Notes: a model not told the origin generated them from the letters alone. DNA of 59,345 bases from a bacterium (GCA_037138355.1 JBAXIL010000006.1:1-59345), one strand, 5' to 3'; positions 20,751 to 30,526 are shown, counted from the stretch's first letter. Made by a program: numbers and translations.

Positions 20751-21896
20751 TTGCGAGTTAAAAAAACATTAAAAAAAATTGCCATAGTCACCCCTTACTA
20801 CTACCCTTTGTATGGTGGAGTTCAGGAATATGTTTATCACTTAAAGGAAGAGTATAAGAAGCTTGGTTATTTTGTGCGTGTTATTACCGGTAAATTTAAA
20901 AAAGAACCAAGTCAGGATGAGAAAGATGTCATAAGAATAGGCAGTGGTATTCCTTTTATGATTAATGGTTCCACAGGTCGTATCATAGTCGTGAGAAAAA
21001 TTAAAGATGTTAAAAAAACTTTTTTAAAACATAAATTTGACATAATACACTATCAGGAACCTTTTGTTCCTTTTTTATCACATGCTATACTCAATAATTC
21101 GAATTCCGTAAATATTGCAACTTTCCACGCAAATTTTGATAAAAATGCCTTTTATAAATATGGTGGTTCGTTTTTAAAACCTCTGTGGAAAAAAATACAC
21201 GGAAGAATAGCAGTTTCTCCTTCAGCTAAAGCCAGCATAACACGATATTTTTCAGATCGTCAGGTAGAAATAATACCAAATGGAGTTGACATTAATAGGT
21301 TTTCTCCTAAAAACAAGCCACTGGAACAGTTTTCAGATGGTAAATTAAACATACTTTTTACAGGAAGAATTGAAGAACGAAAAGGTTTGATATATCTTAT
21401 ACAAGCATATAAGCTTTTAAAGAAAAAATATCCAAACATAAGACTTATTGTAGTAGGTCGTGGACCACTTTTAAAAAACCACAGAAAATATATTATAAAA
21501 AACCGCATACGAGGTATTCATTTTGAGGGCTTTGTTTCTTCTCAGATACTTCCGAGGTATTTTGCTTCTGCCGATATATTTTGTTCTCCTGCCCTGTTTG
21601 GAGAATCATTTGGTATAGTACTTTTGGAAGCTATGGCCTCAGGCAAACCAGTAGTCGCCTTTGATATAAGCGGTTATAGAGATGTAGTGGATAATAATAC
21701 AAACGGCTTATTAGCTGTCCCAAAAAGTGTTAAGAGCTTATATAAAAAGCTTGAAATCCTTATAAAAAGCAAGACACTAAGACAAAAATTAGGGAAAAAC
21801 GGCTTGTTAAAAACCCGTAATTTCACTTGGAAAAAAATAGCAGCAAGAAATCTTAGTTTTTATAAAAAAATAATGAATACAAGAAAGAAGGTATAA
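20751..21896 (+). CDS. GT4 glycosyltransferase, PimA-like phosphatidylinositol mannosyltransferase
   Basis: VTPY...GGVQ, PFMINGS, EPFVP.LS, ATFH, RIAVS, IPNGVD, GRIEERKG, GESFGIVLLEAMASG; operon context. Confidence 0.8.
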   Translation: MRVKKTLKKIAIVTPYYYPLYGGVQEYVYHLKEEYKKLGYFVRVITGKFKKEPSQDEKDVIRIGSGIPFMINGSTGRIIVVRKIKDVKKTFLKHKFDIIHYQEPFVPFLSHAILNNSNSVNIATFHANFDKNAFYKYGGSFLKPLWKKIHGRIAVSPSAKASITRYFSDRQVEIIPNGVDINRFSPKNKPLEQFSDGKLNILFTGRIEERKGLIYLIQAYKLLKKKYPNIRLIVVGRGPLLKNHRKYIIKNRIRGIHFEGFVSSQILPRYFASADIFCSPALFGESFGIVLLEAMASGKPVVAFDISGYRDVVDNNTNGLLAVPKSVKSLYKKLEILIKSKTLRQKLGKNGLLKTRNFTWKKIAARNLSFYKKIMNTRKKV

Positions 21897-22766
21897 ATGT
21901 ATTATATACTTCGTTTTGCACAGTTTTTAATATCCTTAATTCCTATCAAAATACTTTATGCGATAGCTGGATTTATTACTAAACTTGTCTTCTCTCTTTG
22001 GAAAGAAAAACGAGAGAATGTTTATAGAAACTATTCTTTAGTACTGGCAAAAAAATTCGGTCGTATAGCCACTCCAGCAGAAATCAAAAAAACAATGAAT
22101 GACAATTTTTTTAACTATGGAAAGTTTAATGTAGAATTTTTATACATACATAAACTTGTACGCATGTCCAACTTGCCTGAAGTCAAACATCCTGAAAGAA
22201 TAGAAAATGGTTTAAAAAATGGTAAAGGTCTTATGATATGTACACTTCACTTTGCAAATTGGGATATAGCAGGTGCTATTATCTCTGGTCATTACAATAA
22301 AAAATACGGAGTATGGGCCATAGCAGATGATTTGGGTGGTGGTTATTCAAAGTTTGTGCAAGAGTCACGCGCCCGTTACGGAATAAAAGTAGTTTTACCA
22401 AATAAAAATTTAAAAGATGCCTATGAGTGCTTAAAAAATAATGGTATATTAAATGTTCTTATAGACCGACCACTACCACGCACTGACAAGAGTGGTGTGG
22501 AAGTGGATTTTTTTGGTAAGAAGGCATATGTGGCTTCAGCCGCGGCAAGAATAGTTTTAAAGACAGGGGCGGCGCTTCTCGTGGGATGTTCTGGCAGAGA
22601 GGGTGATACATTTTTTGGACAGCCTGGTGAATTAATTACTTACACTACCACAGGAAACAAAGAAACAGATATTCAAATAGTCACACAGGCCTTAATGACA
22701 GAAGCAGAAAAACTGATTATGGCTAATCCGGAACAGTGGTATATGTTCCGTAATTTTTGGAATTAA
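21897..22766 (+). CDS. PatA/LpxL-family lipid acyltransferase 2
   Basis: HFANWD, LIDRP, VEVDFFG, NPEQWYMFRNFW. Confidence 0.8.
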   Translation: MYYILRFAQFLISLIPIKILYAIAGFITKLVFSLWKEKRENVYRNYSLVLAKKFGRIATPAEIKKTMNDNFFNYGKFNVEFLYIHKLVRMSNLPEVKHPERIENGLKNGKGLMICTLHFANWDIAGAIISGHYNKKYGVWAIADDLGGGYSKFVQESRARYGIKVVLPNKNLKDAYECLKNNGILNVLIDRPLPRTDKSGVEVDFFGKKAYVASAAARIVLKTGAALLVGCSGREGDTFFGQPGELITYTTTGNKETDIQIVTQALMTEAEKLIMANPEQWYMFRNFWN

Positions 22767-22784
22767 AAAAGCGAGGTTATTATT

Positions 22785-23507
22785 ATTAAAACTACACACA
22801 TTTCAAAAGTTCCAAAAGGTTTTGGCAAAGCAGACTATCACTTACATACTTCTGTAGGAGATGCTGTTTGCACTCCTGAAGCTATAGTGGACCATGTAGA
22901 AAAAAATACTGACTTAAATGTAATAGCCATTACCGACCATGACCAAATTAAAGGTGGCATTATTGCCCGCGAATATGCCTTAAAAAAGAAGTACAAAGTT
23001 AATGTCATAGTAGGCGAAGAAGTTAGCACCCTAAAAGGACACTTAATAGGCCTGTTTATGAAGAAACGCATTCGTCGTTACACAGGACTCATAGATACCA
23101 TAAAAGCCATGCACGATCAAGGCGCTATAGTTATAGTTCCCCATCCATTGTCATATCTGACAACAAGCGTAGGTGAAATGTCTTTTAGAAAAGTGATGGA
23201 ACATAAAGATGAAGATGTTTATTTTGATGCTGTAGAACTTATCAACCCCGCAATTGCAGGTAGGGTAACAGACCCTAAAGCCATAAGACTAAATAATTCA
23301 TATTGGAAGCTTCCAGCAACTGGCGGCTCTGATTCTCATTCGTTAGATAATATAGGTGATGCTTATACAATTTTTAAAGGTAAAACAGAGCAAGATTTTA
23401 GAAAAGCAATTTTAAATGGACAAACCACATACGCAGGAAGATACTGGAACTTTAAAGAACACTGGGATTTGTTTGTTAAAAAATTTAAAATGATGAAGGT
23501 ATTTTAG
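22785..23507 (+). CDS. PHP-domain phosphoesterase, probably initiating at ATT
   Basis: In-frame KADYHLHTSVGDA lies upstream of the track's GTG (22887); also AITDHD, GEEVST..GH, PHP, GGSDSH. GAGGT sits 7 nt before ATT 22785. Confidence 0.8.
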   Translation: MKTTHISKVPKGFGKADYHLHTSVGDAVCTPEAIVDHVEKNTDLNVIAITDHDQIKGGIIAREYALKKKYKVNVIVGEEVSTLKGHLIGLFMKKRIRRYTGLIDTIKAMHDQGAIVIVPHPLSYLTTSVGEMSFRKVMEHKDEDVYFDAVELINPAIAGRVTDPKAIRLNNSYWKLPATGGSDSHSLDNIGDAYTIFKGKTEQDFRKAILNGQTTYAGRYWNFKEHWDLFVKKFKMMKVF

Positions 23508-23544
23508 TTTAATTCTTTTATCATTTTAAAAAAATAACCGTTTA

Positions 23545-25350
23545 CTATGCAGGCTTATTTTTATCCAGAACATCCAACTCGGTTACCAACTTTTCTAAAT
23601 CTTTATAACCCTTATCTAATTCCTGCTGATGTTTATGACTTTCTATCTGCATAGCCTGTATTTCAGGACCACTTAAAGTTGCAGTCTTTTCTGCTATCTT
23701 TAAATTATTTTTTTCAAGGAGTGATTCTGCTTCATCTATGAGATTTTCTATTTCCGCGATTCTATCTTCTATTTTTTTTCTTTGTTTCTTGTAATTTGCC
23801 GCGGCTGCTTGTGGGTTTACTTTTTTTACCATAATTGCGTCTTTATCTTTTCTTGGTTTCTTCGCTTCAGTTTCCCAGCCAACCCTATCAAGAAAATCCT
23901 GATATGAACCTTCAAAAACAAATGCCTTGTCTTCGTTAAATACTATTAACCTGTTTGCAAGGTGGTGTAGGAACATTTCACTATGGGTAACTATAACAAC
24001 CGCTCCAGGAAAATTATCAAGCGCCATTATCATGGAATCACAGGATTCCATGTCCAAATGGTTTGTAGGCTCATCAAGAAGCAAGAGATTTGTAGGATTA
24101 AGCAATATCTTACCTAACGATACGCGGCTTTTTTCGCCTCCAGATAACACTGATACAAGTTTTAAAGCATTATCTCCAGAAAACATCATAGCACCACATA
24201 CTTTGCGTATGTCAGTATATGCCATTTCTGGCCGTACCTGCTGTAGCTCCTTATCCACCGTAAGATTCGGATTCAAACGCTCTATATTTGTTTGTCCAAA
24301 ATATCCCATTGCGCATTGAGGATGTTTATATATTTTTCCTATTGTGGGTTCAATCTCCCCAGCCATAAGTTTTAACAAGGTTGATTTTCCTTTACCATTC
24401 TTTCCTATTACACATATTCTGTCATCCTTGCTTATATCCAATGAAAGATTTTCAAAAAGTATTCTGTCTGGTGTGTAACCGAAAGAAAGTTTTTCCAACT
24501 TCATAGGATAATGTGCCTCAAATTCTGCAGCATTAAATTTAAATCCTAATTCAGCTTCTTTTGTAAGCTCTTCCCTTTTTCCCATTTTTGCCAACGCTTT
24601 AACTCTGGATTGCACCAGCGTTGCTCGCGCAGCCAAAGCACGGAATCGGTTTATAAATTCTTCAGTTTCTTTACGAACCTTTTCATCCTTTAATCTTGTC
24701 TTCTCATATACTTCTTCTTCCACTGCTATCTGTTCAAAAAGTTTTATGGTATCACCCTGTATTTTTTTCACGCCTTTTCGGTGAATGGCCATAGTATGTG
24801 TGGTGATAGCGTTCATAAAGTCACGATCATGGGTGATTATCATTAACTCGTTTTCCCTGCGTTGTAAAAAACGCGCGAGCCATTTTAAAGATACTATATC
24901 CATGTAGTTGGTAGGTTCATCCAAAAGTAATAAATGTGGTTCCGCGAGTAGTACTTTTGCCAGATTTAAGCGTACCTGAAATCCGCCAGAAAATTCAAGC
25001 GGTGATTTATTAAGTTCTTCTTCAGTAAAACCAAGCCCAGCAAGTATTTTTTCTGCCTTCCATATTTGATCTTTTTCTTCTTCCTGAAGTCCTAAGCATG
25101 CTTCTTCCAAAAGTGTAGGTTGGTTGAATTTCAGATGCTGTTTCAAATATCCTATGGTATAGTTCTTTGGAACTAAAATTCTGCCATCGTCCTGATGTAA
25201 CTCTCCTGTCAGGATTTTAAACAAAGTGGTCTTACCAGACCCATTACGGCCTACAAGACCTATGCGTTCTCCACCATGTATGTTAAAGCTAATATCTTTT
25301 AATACCTGTTGACCTGAAAACGAAATTGATAAATCATTAATCTGTAACAT
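23545..25350 (-). CDS. ABC-F family ATPase
   Basis: Two NBDs (GRNGSGKT/FSGG/LLDEPTN; GKNGKGKS/LSGGE/LLDEPTNHLD), no TM segments, C-terminal coiled coil. Confidence 0.95.
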   Translation of the reverse strand: MLQINDLSISFSGQQVLKDISFNIHGGERIGLVGRNGSGKTTLFKILTGELHQDDGRILVPKNYTIGYLKQHLKFNQPTLLEEACLGLQEEEKDQIWKAEKILAGLGFTEEELNKSPLEFSGGFQVRLNLAKVLLAEPHLLLLDEPTNYMDIVSLKWLARFLQRRENELMIITHDRDFMNAITTHTMAIHRKGVKKIQGDTIKLFEQIAVEEEVYEKTRLKDEKVRKETEEFINRFRALAARATLVQSRVKALAKMGKREELTKEAELGFKFNAAEFEAHYPMKLEKLSFGYTPDRILFENLSLDISKDDRICVIGKNGKGKSTLLKLMAGEIEPTIGKIYKHPQCAMGYFGQTNIERLNPNLTVDKELQQVRPEMAYTDIRKVCGAMMFSGDNALKLVSVLSGGEKSRVSLGKILLNPTNLLLLDEPTNHLDMESCDSMIMALDNFPGAVVIVTHSEMFLHHLANRLIVFNEDKAFVFEGSYQDFLDRVGWETEAKKPRKDKDAIMVKKVNPQAAAANYKKQRKKIEDRIAEIENLIDEAESLLEKNNLKIAEKTATLSGPEIQAMQIESHKHQQELDKGYKDLEKLVTELDVLDKNKPA

Positions 25351-25420
25351 TTGCCATCCTTTAATTTGTATGGTTTTAAGTCAGAACATCTTAGGAGTTA
25401 TGACTTTACATTAGGGTTAG

Positions 25421-25450
25421 ATTATACGCTTTTTGTCTTTTAAAGGTCAA
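25421..25450 (-). promoter_or_regulatory. Sigma70 promoter of the ABC-F gene
   Basis: TTGACC-18 nt-TATAAT on the minus strand. Confidence 0.6.
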
Positions 25451-25499
25451 CAGATTTTTATGCTAAATATCATTTTTTGGCCTTAATAAAGGATTTTAT

Positions 25500-25528
25500 T
25501 TGCATTTTTATCTTTAATTTCTTATAAT
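25500..25528 (+). promoter_or_regulatory. Sigma70 promoter of the DUF1844-like/metallophosphoesterase pair
   Basis: TTGCAT-17 nt-TATAAT. Confidence 0.6.
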
Positions 25529-25558
25529 ACAACCATAAAATACAAAGTGAGGTGATAT

Positions 25559-25951
25559 ATGGCCGATAAACAAGAAGACAATATAGATTTTATCAATTTG
25601 ATTCTTATGCTTAATCAAAATGCCTTAATATCTTTAGGTGAGGCCTCTCGTTTTGCTGGAGGAAAGAAAACAGAAAATCTCCCTCATGCCAGACAAACCA
25701 TAAATATGATTAAGGCTATTCAAGAAAGAACAAAAAATAATCTAACTGTTGGAGAAATGAAATTATTATTCAAGCTCTTAGGTGATTTGCAAGGCAAATA
25801 TGTAAAGGCAGCTGGTCTTGATAAACCAGGTGAAGTAAAATCATCTAATCCCCGCAAAGATAAGCTCGATGCAGCTTTGGATAAGCTTTCCAGTTCTGAC
25901 CTTGCCAAAATACTTTCTGATTTAGGAAAAAAAGATGCGGGAAATAAATAA
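25559..25951 (+). CDS. DUF1844-like protein
   Basis: F..LI..L...ALISLGE...NLPHARQTI.M...IQE.TKNNLT..E..L...L.DLQ..YV pattern; GAGGTG RBS. Confidence 0.7.
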   Translation: MADKQEDNIDFINLILMLNQNALISLGEASRFAGGKKTENLPHARQTINMIKAIQERTKNNLTVGEMKLLFKLLGDLQGKYVKAAGLDKPGEVKSSNPRKDKLDAALDKLSSSDLAKILSDLGKKDAGNK

Positions 25952-26435
25952 TATATCCAAAATCGGCATTATTTCTGATACCCATATAATCAATGCCAGC
26001 GAATCATTACCTAAAAAAGTGCATTCTAATTTTAAAAATACAGATCTTATTATTCATTGTGGGGATATTGTTTCACCTCATGTAATCACAGAACTTGAAG
26101 CTTATGCTCCAGTTATAGTAGTAAAAGGAAATATGGATACACAAATGCTTGAGCTGCCTACCGATGAAATTATTTTAATTAATGGTACTCATACAATTTG
26201 CGTTTCTCATGGCAGTGGCTCTCCTTTTGGACTTACGCATAAGCTTTATAAGCAATTTGTCCAATACAATCCTTCAATTATTTTATTTGGGCATACCCAC
26301 ATAGCCGGTGACTTTGAATATAATGGAGTCCGTCTTTTTAATCCTGGCAGTCCAACTACTCGTGCGGACTATTATTCTATTGGTTTAATACATATTAAAG
26401 GTAAGACTTTAACCACGAATGTTATTGTCATCTAA
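25935..26435 (+). CDS. YfcE/MJ0936-family metallophosphoesterase
   Basis: ISDTH, HCGD, VKGNMD, SHG, FGHTH, NPGSPT. Confidence 0.92.
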   Translation: MREINNISKIGIISDTHIINASESLPKKVHSNFKNTDLIIHCGDIVSPHVITELEAYAPVIVVKGNMDTQMLELPTDEIILINGTHTICVSHGSGSPFGLTHKLYKQFVQYNPSIILFGHTHIAGDFEYNGVRLFNPGSPTTRADYYSIGLIHIKGKTLTTNVIVI

Positions 26436-26585
26436 CTTTGTACTTTTAATGTTCATTATTCTAAGACATATATAATTAACTAAATAATATGACAATAAAA
26501 TATGGGTTTTTTATTGCTGATAGAATTATGAGGTTTGTTGGTAAAAGGTGGATAACTACGAAATCTTACGAAACAAACTCAAGTT

Positions 26586-27818
26586 TTATGTATTAATTCT
26601 CAGTATAGATAGCTTTTCAAGCTCTTCTTTTGATTCAAGTTCCATAATCAATTCACCGTATTGTTTTGTATAAGTATGCTTTGCTCCATTCAAACTTTGT
26701 ATTCCTACAATTTTCACATCAAATTGTTTCCATGAAGGTGTCAAAATTTGGATAATATCTCCTACATTCATAGTTTTTTTAACTTCTACTGCAATACTAT
26801 AAATATTCTCAGAGATTTTATTGCCCTTTTCTTTAATATGCCCTGCATATTTACTTCCCGTTATATATGCTGAAGACTTTACATTTTGAGTTATTACTTT
26901 ATCAGGAAAATAAAAAGCATCTGTAAATTCTCTGTGTGATACCTTTGAAAGCTCTTCATAAAGCGCTTGATCAGGTATGTATGTTTTTGGATTTTTCATA
27001 TACTGTTCTACCGCTTTATTATAAACTCCTGCTGTCACAGCCACATAATGTGGACTTTTCATTCTGCCTTCAATTTTAAAACTATCTATTCCTATTTCAA
27101 TAAATTTGTGAAGATCAAAAAAAGCACATAAATCTTTTGAATTATAAAGATAAGTTCCTTTATTATCTTCTTCTACATCAAAATATTCTCCTGGCCTTTG
27201 TTCCTCTTCTAAACGATATTTCCATCTACAGCCTTGTGTACACTCCCCATGATTTGCATCTCTTCCGGACAAATACTGACTAATTAAACATCTTCCAGAA
27301 TAAGATACGCATATTGCACCATGGACAAATATTTCCAATTCCATATCAGGACACTTTTCTCTTATTTCTTTTATATCTTCAAAAGAAATTTCTCTTGCGA
27401 GCACTATCCTTGAAGCTCCCATTTGTTGCCAAGTCTTCACAGCAGCATAATTTAGGTTATTTGCTTGAACTGAAATGTGTATAGGTATATTAGGAGCCAT
27501 TATTTTTGCAACAGAAAAAGCCCCCAAATCAGAAATTATTATTCCATCAGGTTTTATTGTATTTAAAAAAGAAAAGTATTCTTCCATAGGTTTGATATCA
27601 CTGTTATAAGGAAATATGTTTGCAGTAATATATATTTTTTTCCCCAACGAGTGTGCAAGACTTACTGCACTGGCAAGCTCTTCATCAGAAAAATTCCCAG
27701 CAGATTCCCTAAGTCCAAAACTCCGTCCTGCCGCATATACGGCATCAGCGCCATATTGAAAAGCAAATTGCAATTTTTCCATATTACCTGCAGGTGATAG
27801 AATCTCTGGTTTTTTCAT
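26586..27818 (-). CDS. U32 family protein (TrhP-like tRNA hydroxylation)
   Basis: KPEILSPAG, GADAVY, EIFVHGAICVSYSGRCLIS...RDANHGECTQGCRWKY, SFKIEGRMKS. Confidence 0.9.
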   Translation of the reverse strand: MKKPEILSPAGNMEKLQFAFQYGADAVYAAGRSFGLRESAGNFSDEELASAVSLAHSLGKKIYITANIFPYNSDIKPMEEYFSFLNTIKPDGIIISDLGAFSVAKIMAPNIPIHISVQANNLNYAAVKTWQQMGASRIVLAREISFEDIKEIREKCPDMELEIFVHGAICVSYSGRCLISQYLSGRDANHGECTQGCRWKYRLEEEQRPGEYFDVEEDNKGTYLYNSKDLCAFFDLHKFIEIGIDSFKIEGRMKSPHYVAVTAGVYNKAVEQYMKNPKTYIPDQALYEELSKVSHREFTDAFYFPDKVITQNVKSSAYITGSKYAGHIKEKGNKISENIYSIAVEVKKTMNVGDIIQILTPSWKQFDVKIVGIQSLNGAKHTYTKQYGELIMELESKEELEKLSILRINT

Positions 27819-27819
27819 T

Positions 27820-28428
27820 TTATATTTCTTTTCTTTCTATGATTGCTTGCCCGAGGGTTATCTCGTCAGCATACCTTATATCTGAACCAGTAGGCAGCCC
27901 TTTAGCTAACCTTGTAATTTTTATAGTATGCCCATAATCTTTTGCCAGCGCTGAAATATACAAAGAAGTGGCATCGCCTTCGACAGAATGATTTATAGCC
28001 AATATGATTTCTTGTACTAAACCCTTTTTATTTTTCAATCTATCTAATAGCTCTTTTATTCTCAGATTGTCTGGTAATAAATTATTTAAAGGATTGATAA
28101 GACCTTGGAGGACATGATAGTAACCATTGTACTTGCCAGTTCTTTCTACTGTTATCACTTCTTCTGCAGATTCTACAACACACAAGAGTTTTTTATCACG
28201 ATCGCCATCAGCACAAATTGCGCATAAATCAAAATCACTTACATTAAAACATTCTTTGCAATAAGTTAGCCCTTTTGATTCCTGCAAAACAGAACTAAAA
28301 TTATCTATGTATTCATATTCTTTTTTTATGATATGAAGTCCTATGCGCTCTGCCATTTTTGGCCCAACGCCAGGAAGCTTAGACACTTCATTGATAAGCT
28401 TTAATAGTTTGTGTGGGTAATTATACAA
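27820..28428 (-). CDS. recR: Recombination mediator RecR
   Basis: KLPGVGPKMAER, CKECFN..DLCAIC, YHVLQG, EGDATS.YI, ITRLAKGLPTG..YADEITL. TTG start. Confidence 0.96.
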   Translation of the reverse strand: MYNYPHKLLKLINEVSKLPGVGPKMAERIGLHIIKKEYEYIDNFSSVLQESKGLTYCKECFNVSDFDLCAICADGDRDKKLLCVVESAEEVITVERTGKYNGYYHVLQGLINPLNNLLPDNLRIKELLDRLKNKKGLVQEIILAINHSVEGDATSLYISALAKDYGHTIKITRLAKGLPTGSDIRYADEITLGQAIIERKEI

Positions 28429-28437
28429 GTTTTTTCC

Positions 28438-28767
28438 TTAAAATAACCCCGGCATATTCATGCCTCCTGTTATTTTTTTTGATTCAGCATCCACTGTTGC
28501 CTGTGCTTTATTTAATGCCTCATTAACTGCTGCTGTGACTAAATCCTGTATCATTTCTACATCATTTGCTGCAATCAATTCTTTATCTATTTTTATTGAT
28601 ATAATCTGTTTTGCCCCATTTGCTTTAACTATGACAGCGCCTCCACCAGAAGAAGCTTCTACTTCTTTTTTCTTAACTTCTTCCTGCATTTTTCCAAATT
28701 CCACCTGCATTTGTTGGGCTTTTTTCAGTATTTCATTCATATTGCCCATATTACCCTGGTTTCTCAT
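28438..28767 (-). CDS. ybaB: YbaB/EbfC nucleoid-associated protein
   Basis: KKAQQMQ, EASSGGGAV, DVEMIQDLVTAAVNEAL, TGGMNMPGLF; lies between dnaX and recR. Confidence 0.95.
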   Translation of the reverse strand: MRNQGNMGNMNEILKKAQQMQVEFGKMQEEVKKKEVEASSGGGAVIVKANGAKQIISIKIDKELIAANDVEMIQDLVTAAVNEALNKAQATVDAESKKITGGMNMPGLF

Positions 28768-28789
28768 AGCTTGCCTCCTAAGATTTCTA

Positions 28790-30496
28790 TTATTTTTCTG
28801 CTTTCTTTATTTCTACACTTGAAAACTTAAATATTTTACTTAACTCCTTCACTGTTGGATTGTTTTTGGCTTCTTCATCCTCAACATCCTTACTTACTTT
28901 ATTTTTTGCATTATATTCATTTTTTTCGAAAATGTTTATGTTAATATCTTTTTTAAACTCTTCTTTTAAAACTGCCACTATTACTTCTGCTTGTTTTTTA
29001 ATTTTATCTGTAAAAAATTTATTTTCTCCAGTGATATAAAGCGTCGGATCTTCATAAGAAACCACACCCGCTGTTTCCATAGCAGTTGCCAGTTCATCTT
29101 CTTTTTTTGTTCTTAATCTTTCTATAATTGTTATCCAATGTTTTTCAATTATTTCCTTTGTTAATATTTTAATCTGTTCCTCTTCAATTATCTCATCTAT
29201 TATTATTCCCTGATACTTTCCCTCTTCTTCTATTTCTTTAACTGGCTCTTCAACTATTATTTTCTGAGGTTCAACAACAATAGGTTTTGCTGTTTCCACA
29301 ACTTTTTTTTCAGGTATTGAATCCTTTTTAATTATTATTTGTGGCTTTTCATATTTTTTTATAACTGGTTGTTCTATGTTTGCATCGCCATCTGTTTTAT
29401 CACCCAAATAAAATATAAGGTCCGCTGCAAATGATTCCAGTACAATCCCTGGCAAGCTTGACTTTGTGACATTGTATTCAGTTTCAAGAGATTTTTGCAA
29501 CATATAGAGTATTTCTTTTCTTCCAATTGTGCCGCTTACCAACTTTAAAAACTCATACTGGTCCAAGCTTGACTCTATCATAGATTTATCATCTACCGTT
29601 TTTATCAAAAGCATATTTCTAAATGTTTCTATAATTCTTGCCATGAAGTGCTGTAAGTTATATCCTCTATCAAAAATTGCTTCCAAAACACTCATGACAG
29701 CTTTTATATCTTTTCTGGCAACTCCAGCTATAAATCCGTTTAAAATATCTGAATCTATCTCACCAAGCATTTCACTTGCAAGTAAATCCGTTAGCTGTTC
29801 CCCTCTTGCATAAGTCACTAACTGGTCAAAGATTCTTTGACCGTCCCTTAAAGCGCCGTCAGCCGCCTTTGCTACGGTGTAGTAGGCCTTTTCTTCACAA
29901 TTTATTTTTTCTTTACTTGCTATGTCTTTCAAATTATGAACAATCAAATCCATAGGCATTCTTTTAAATCTAAAATGCTGACATCTGGAAAGTATGGTCT
30001 GCGGTATTTCTTCAGGTTCGGTTGTAGCAAAAATAAATATCACATGTTTAGGTGGTTCTTCAAGAGTTTTTAAAAGGGCGTTAAAAGCAGATGTGGAAAG
30101 CATATGCACTTCATCTATTATATAAACTTTATATTTTGAACTTGCAGCACTTAGGCCAACTCTTTCTCTGAGCTCTCTTATATTATCTACGCCAGTATTT
30201 GAAGCTCCGTCTATTTCTGTAACATCAAGTGCTGTGCCATTAGTTATTTCCACGCAAGCAGAACAAACATTACAAGGTTGTGTGGTTGGACCTTTTTCGC
30301 AGTTTAGTGCTTTTGCAAAAACTCTGGCAGTAGTAGTTTTACCAACTCCTCTTGGTCCAGAAAAAACATAAGCATGCATAATTCTGTTAAGCTCTATAGC
30401 ACGCTTTAATGGTTCCGTCACCTGTGACTGACCAATTATTTCGTCAAATAGTTGTGGTCTCCACTTTCTTGCAAACACCTGATAATTATTTTCCAT
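28790..30496 (-). CDS. dnaX: DNA polymerase III subunit gamma/tau
   Basis: ARKWRPQ.F, GPRGVGKTT, EIDGASN, IIDEVHMLS..AFNALLKTLEEPP, TILSRCQ. Confidence 0.98.
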   Translation of the reverse strand: MENNYQVFARKWRPQLFDEIIGQSQVTEPLKRAIELNRIMHAYVFSGPRGVGKTTTARVFAKALNCEKGPTTQPCNVCSACVEITNGTALDVTEIDGASNTGVDNIRELRERVGLSAASSKYKVYIIDEVHMLSTSAFNALLKTLEEPPKHVIFIFATTEPEEIPQTILSRCQHFRFKRMPMDLIVHNLKDIASKEKINCEEKAYYTVAKAADGALRDGQRIFDQLVTYARGEQLTDLLASEMLGEIDSDILNGFIAGVARKDIKAVMSVLEAIFDRGYNLQHFMARIIETFRNMLLIKTVDDKSMIESSLDQYEFLKLVSGTIGRKEILYMLQKSLETEYNVTKSSLPGIVLESFAADLIFYLGDKTDGDANIEQPVIKKYEKPQIIIKKDSIPEKKVVETAKPIVVEPQKIIVEEPVKEIEEEGKYQGIIIDEIIEEEQIKILTKEIIEKHWITIIERLRTKKEDELATAMETAGVVSYEDPTLYITGENKFFTDKIKKQAEVIVAVLKEEFKKDININIFEKNEYNAKNKVSKDVEDEEAKNNPTVKELSKIFKFSSVEIKKAEK

Positions 30497-30526
30497 TTAT
30501 ATTAATTTCTCCATTTTATATTTTTA

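Noticed and set aside
25407..25412. Minimal ATG-TAA uORF and weak hairpin in the ABC-F leader (antibiotic-responsive attenuator)
   Set aside because: No RBS, no terminator and a short leader; the protein looks like a housekeeping ABC-F.
28790..30496. Programmed frameshift in dnaX
   Set aside because: A-runs are present, but I saw no convincing slippery site with a stimulatory hairpin or SD.
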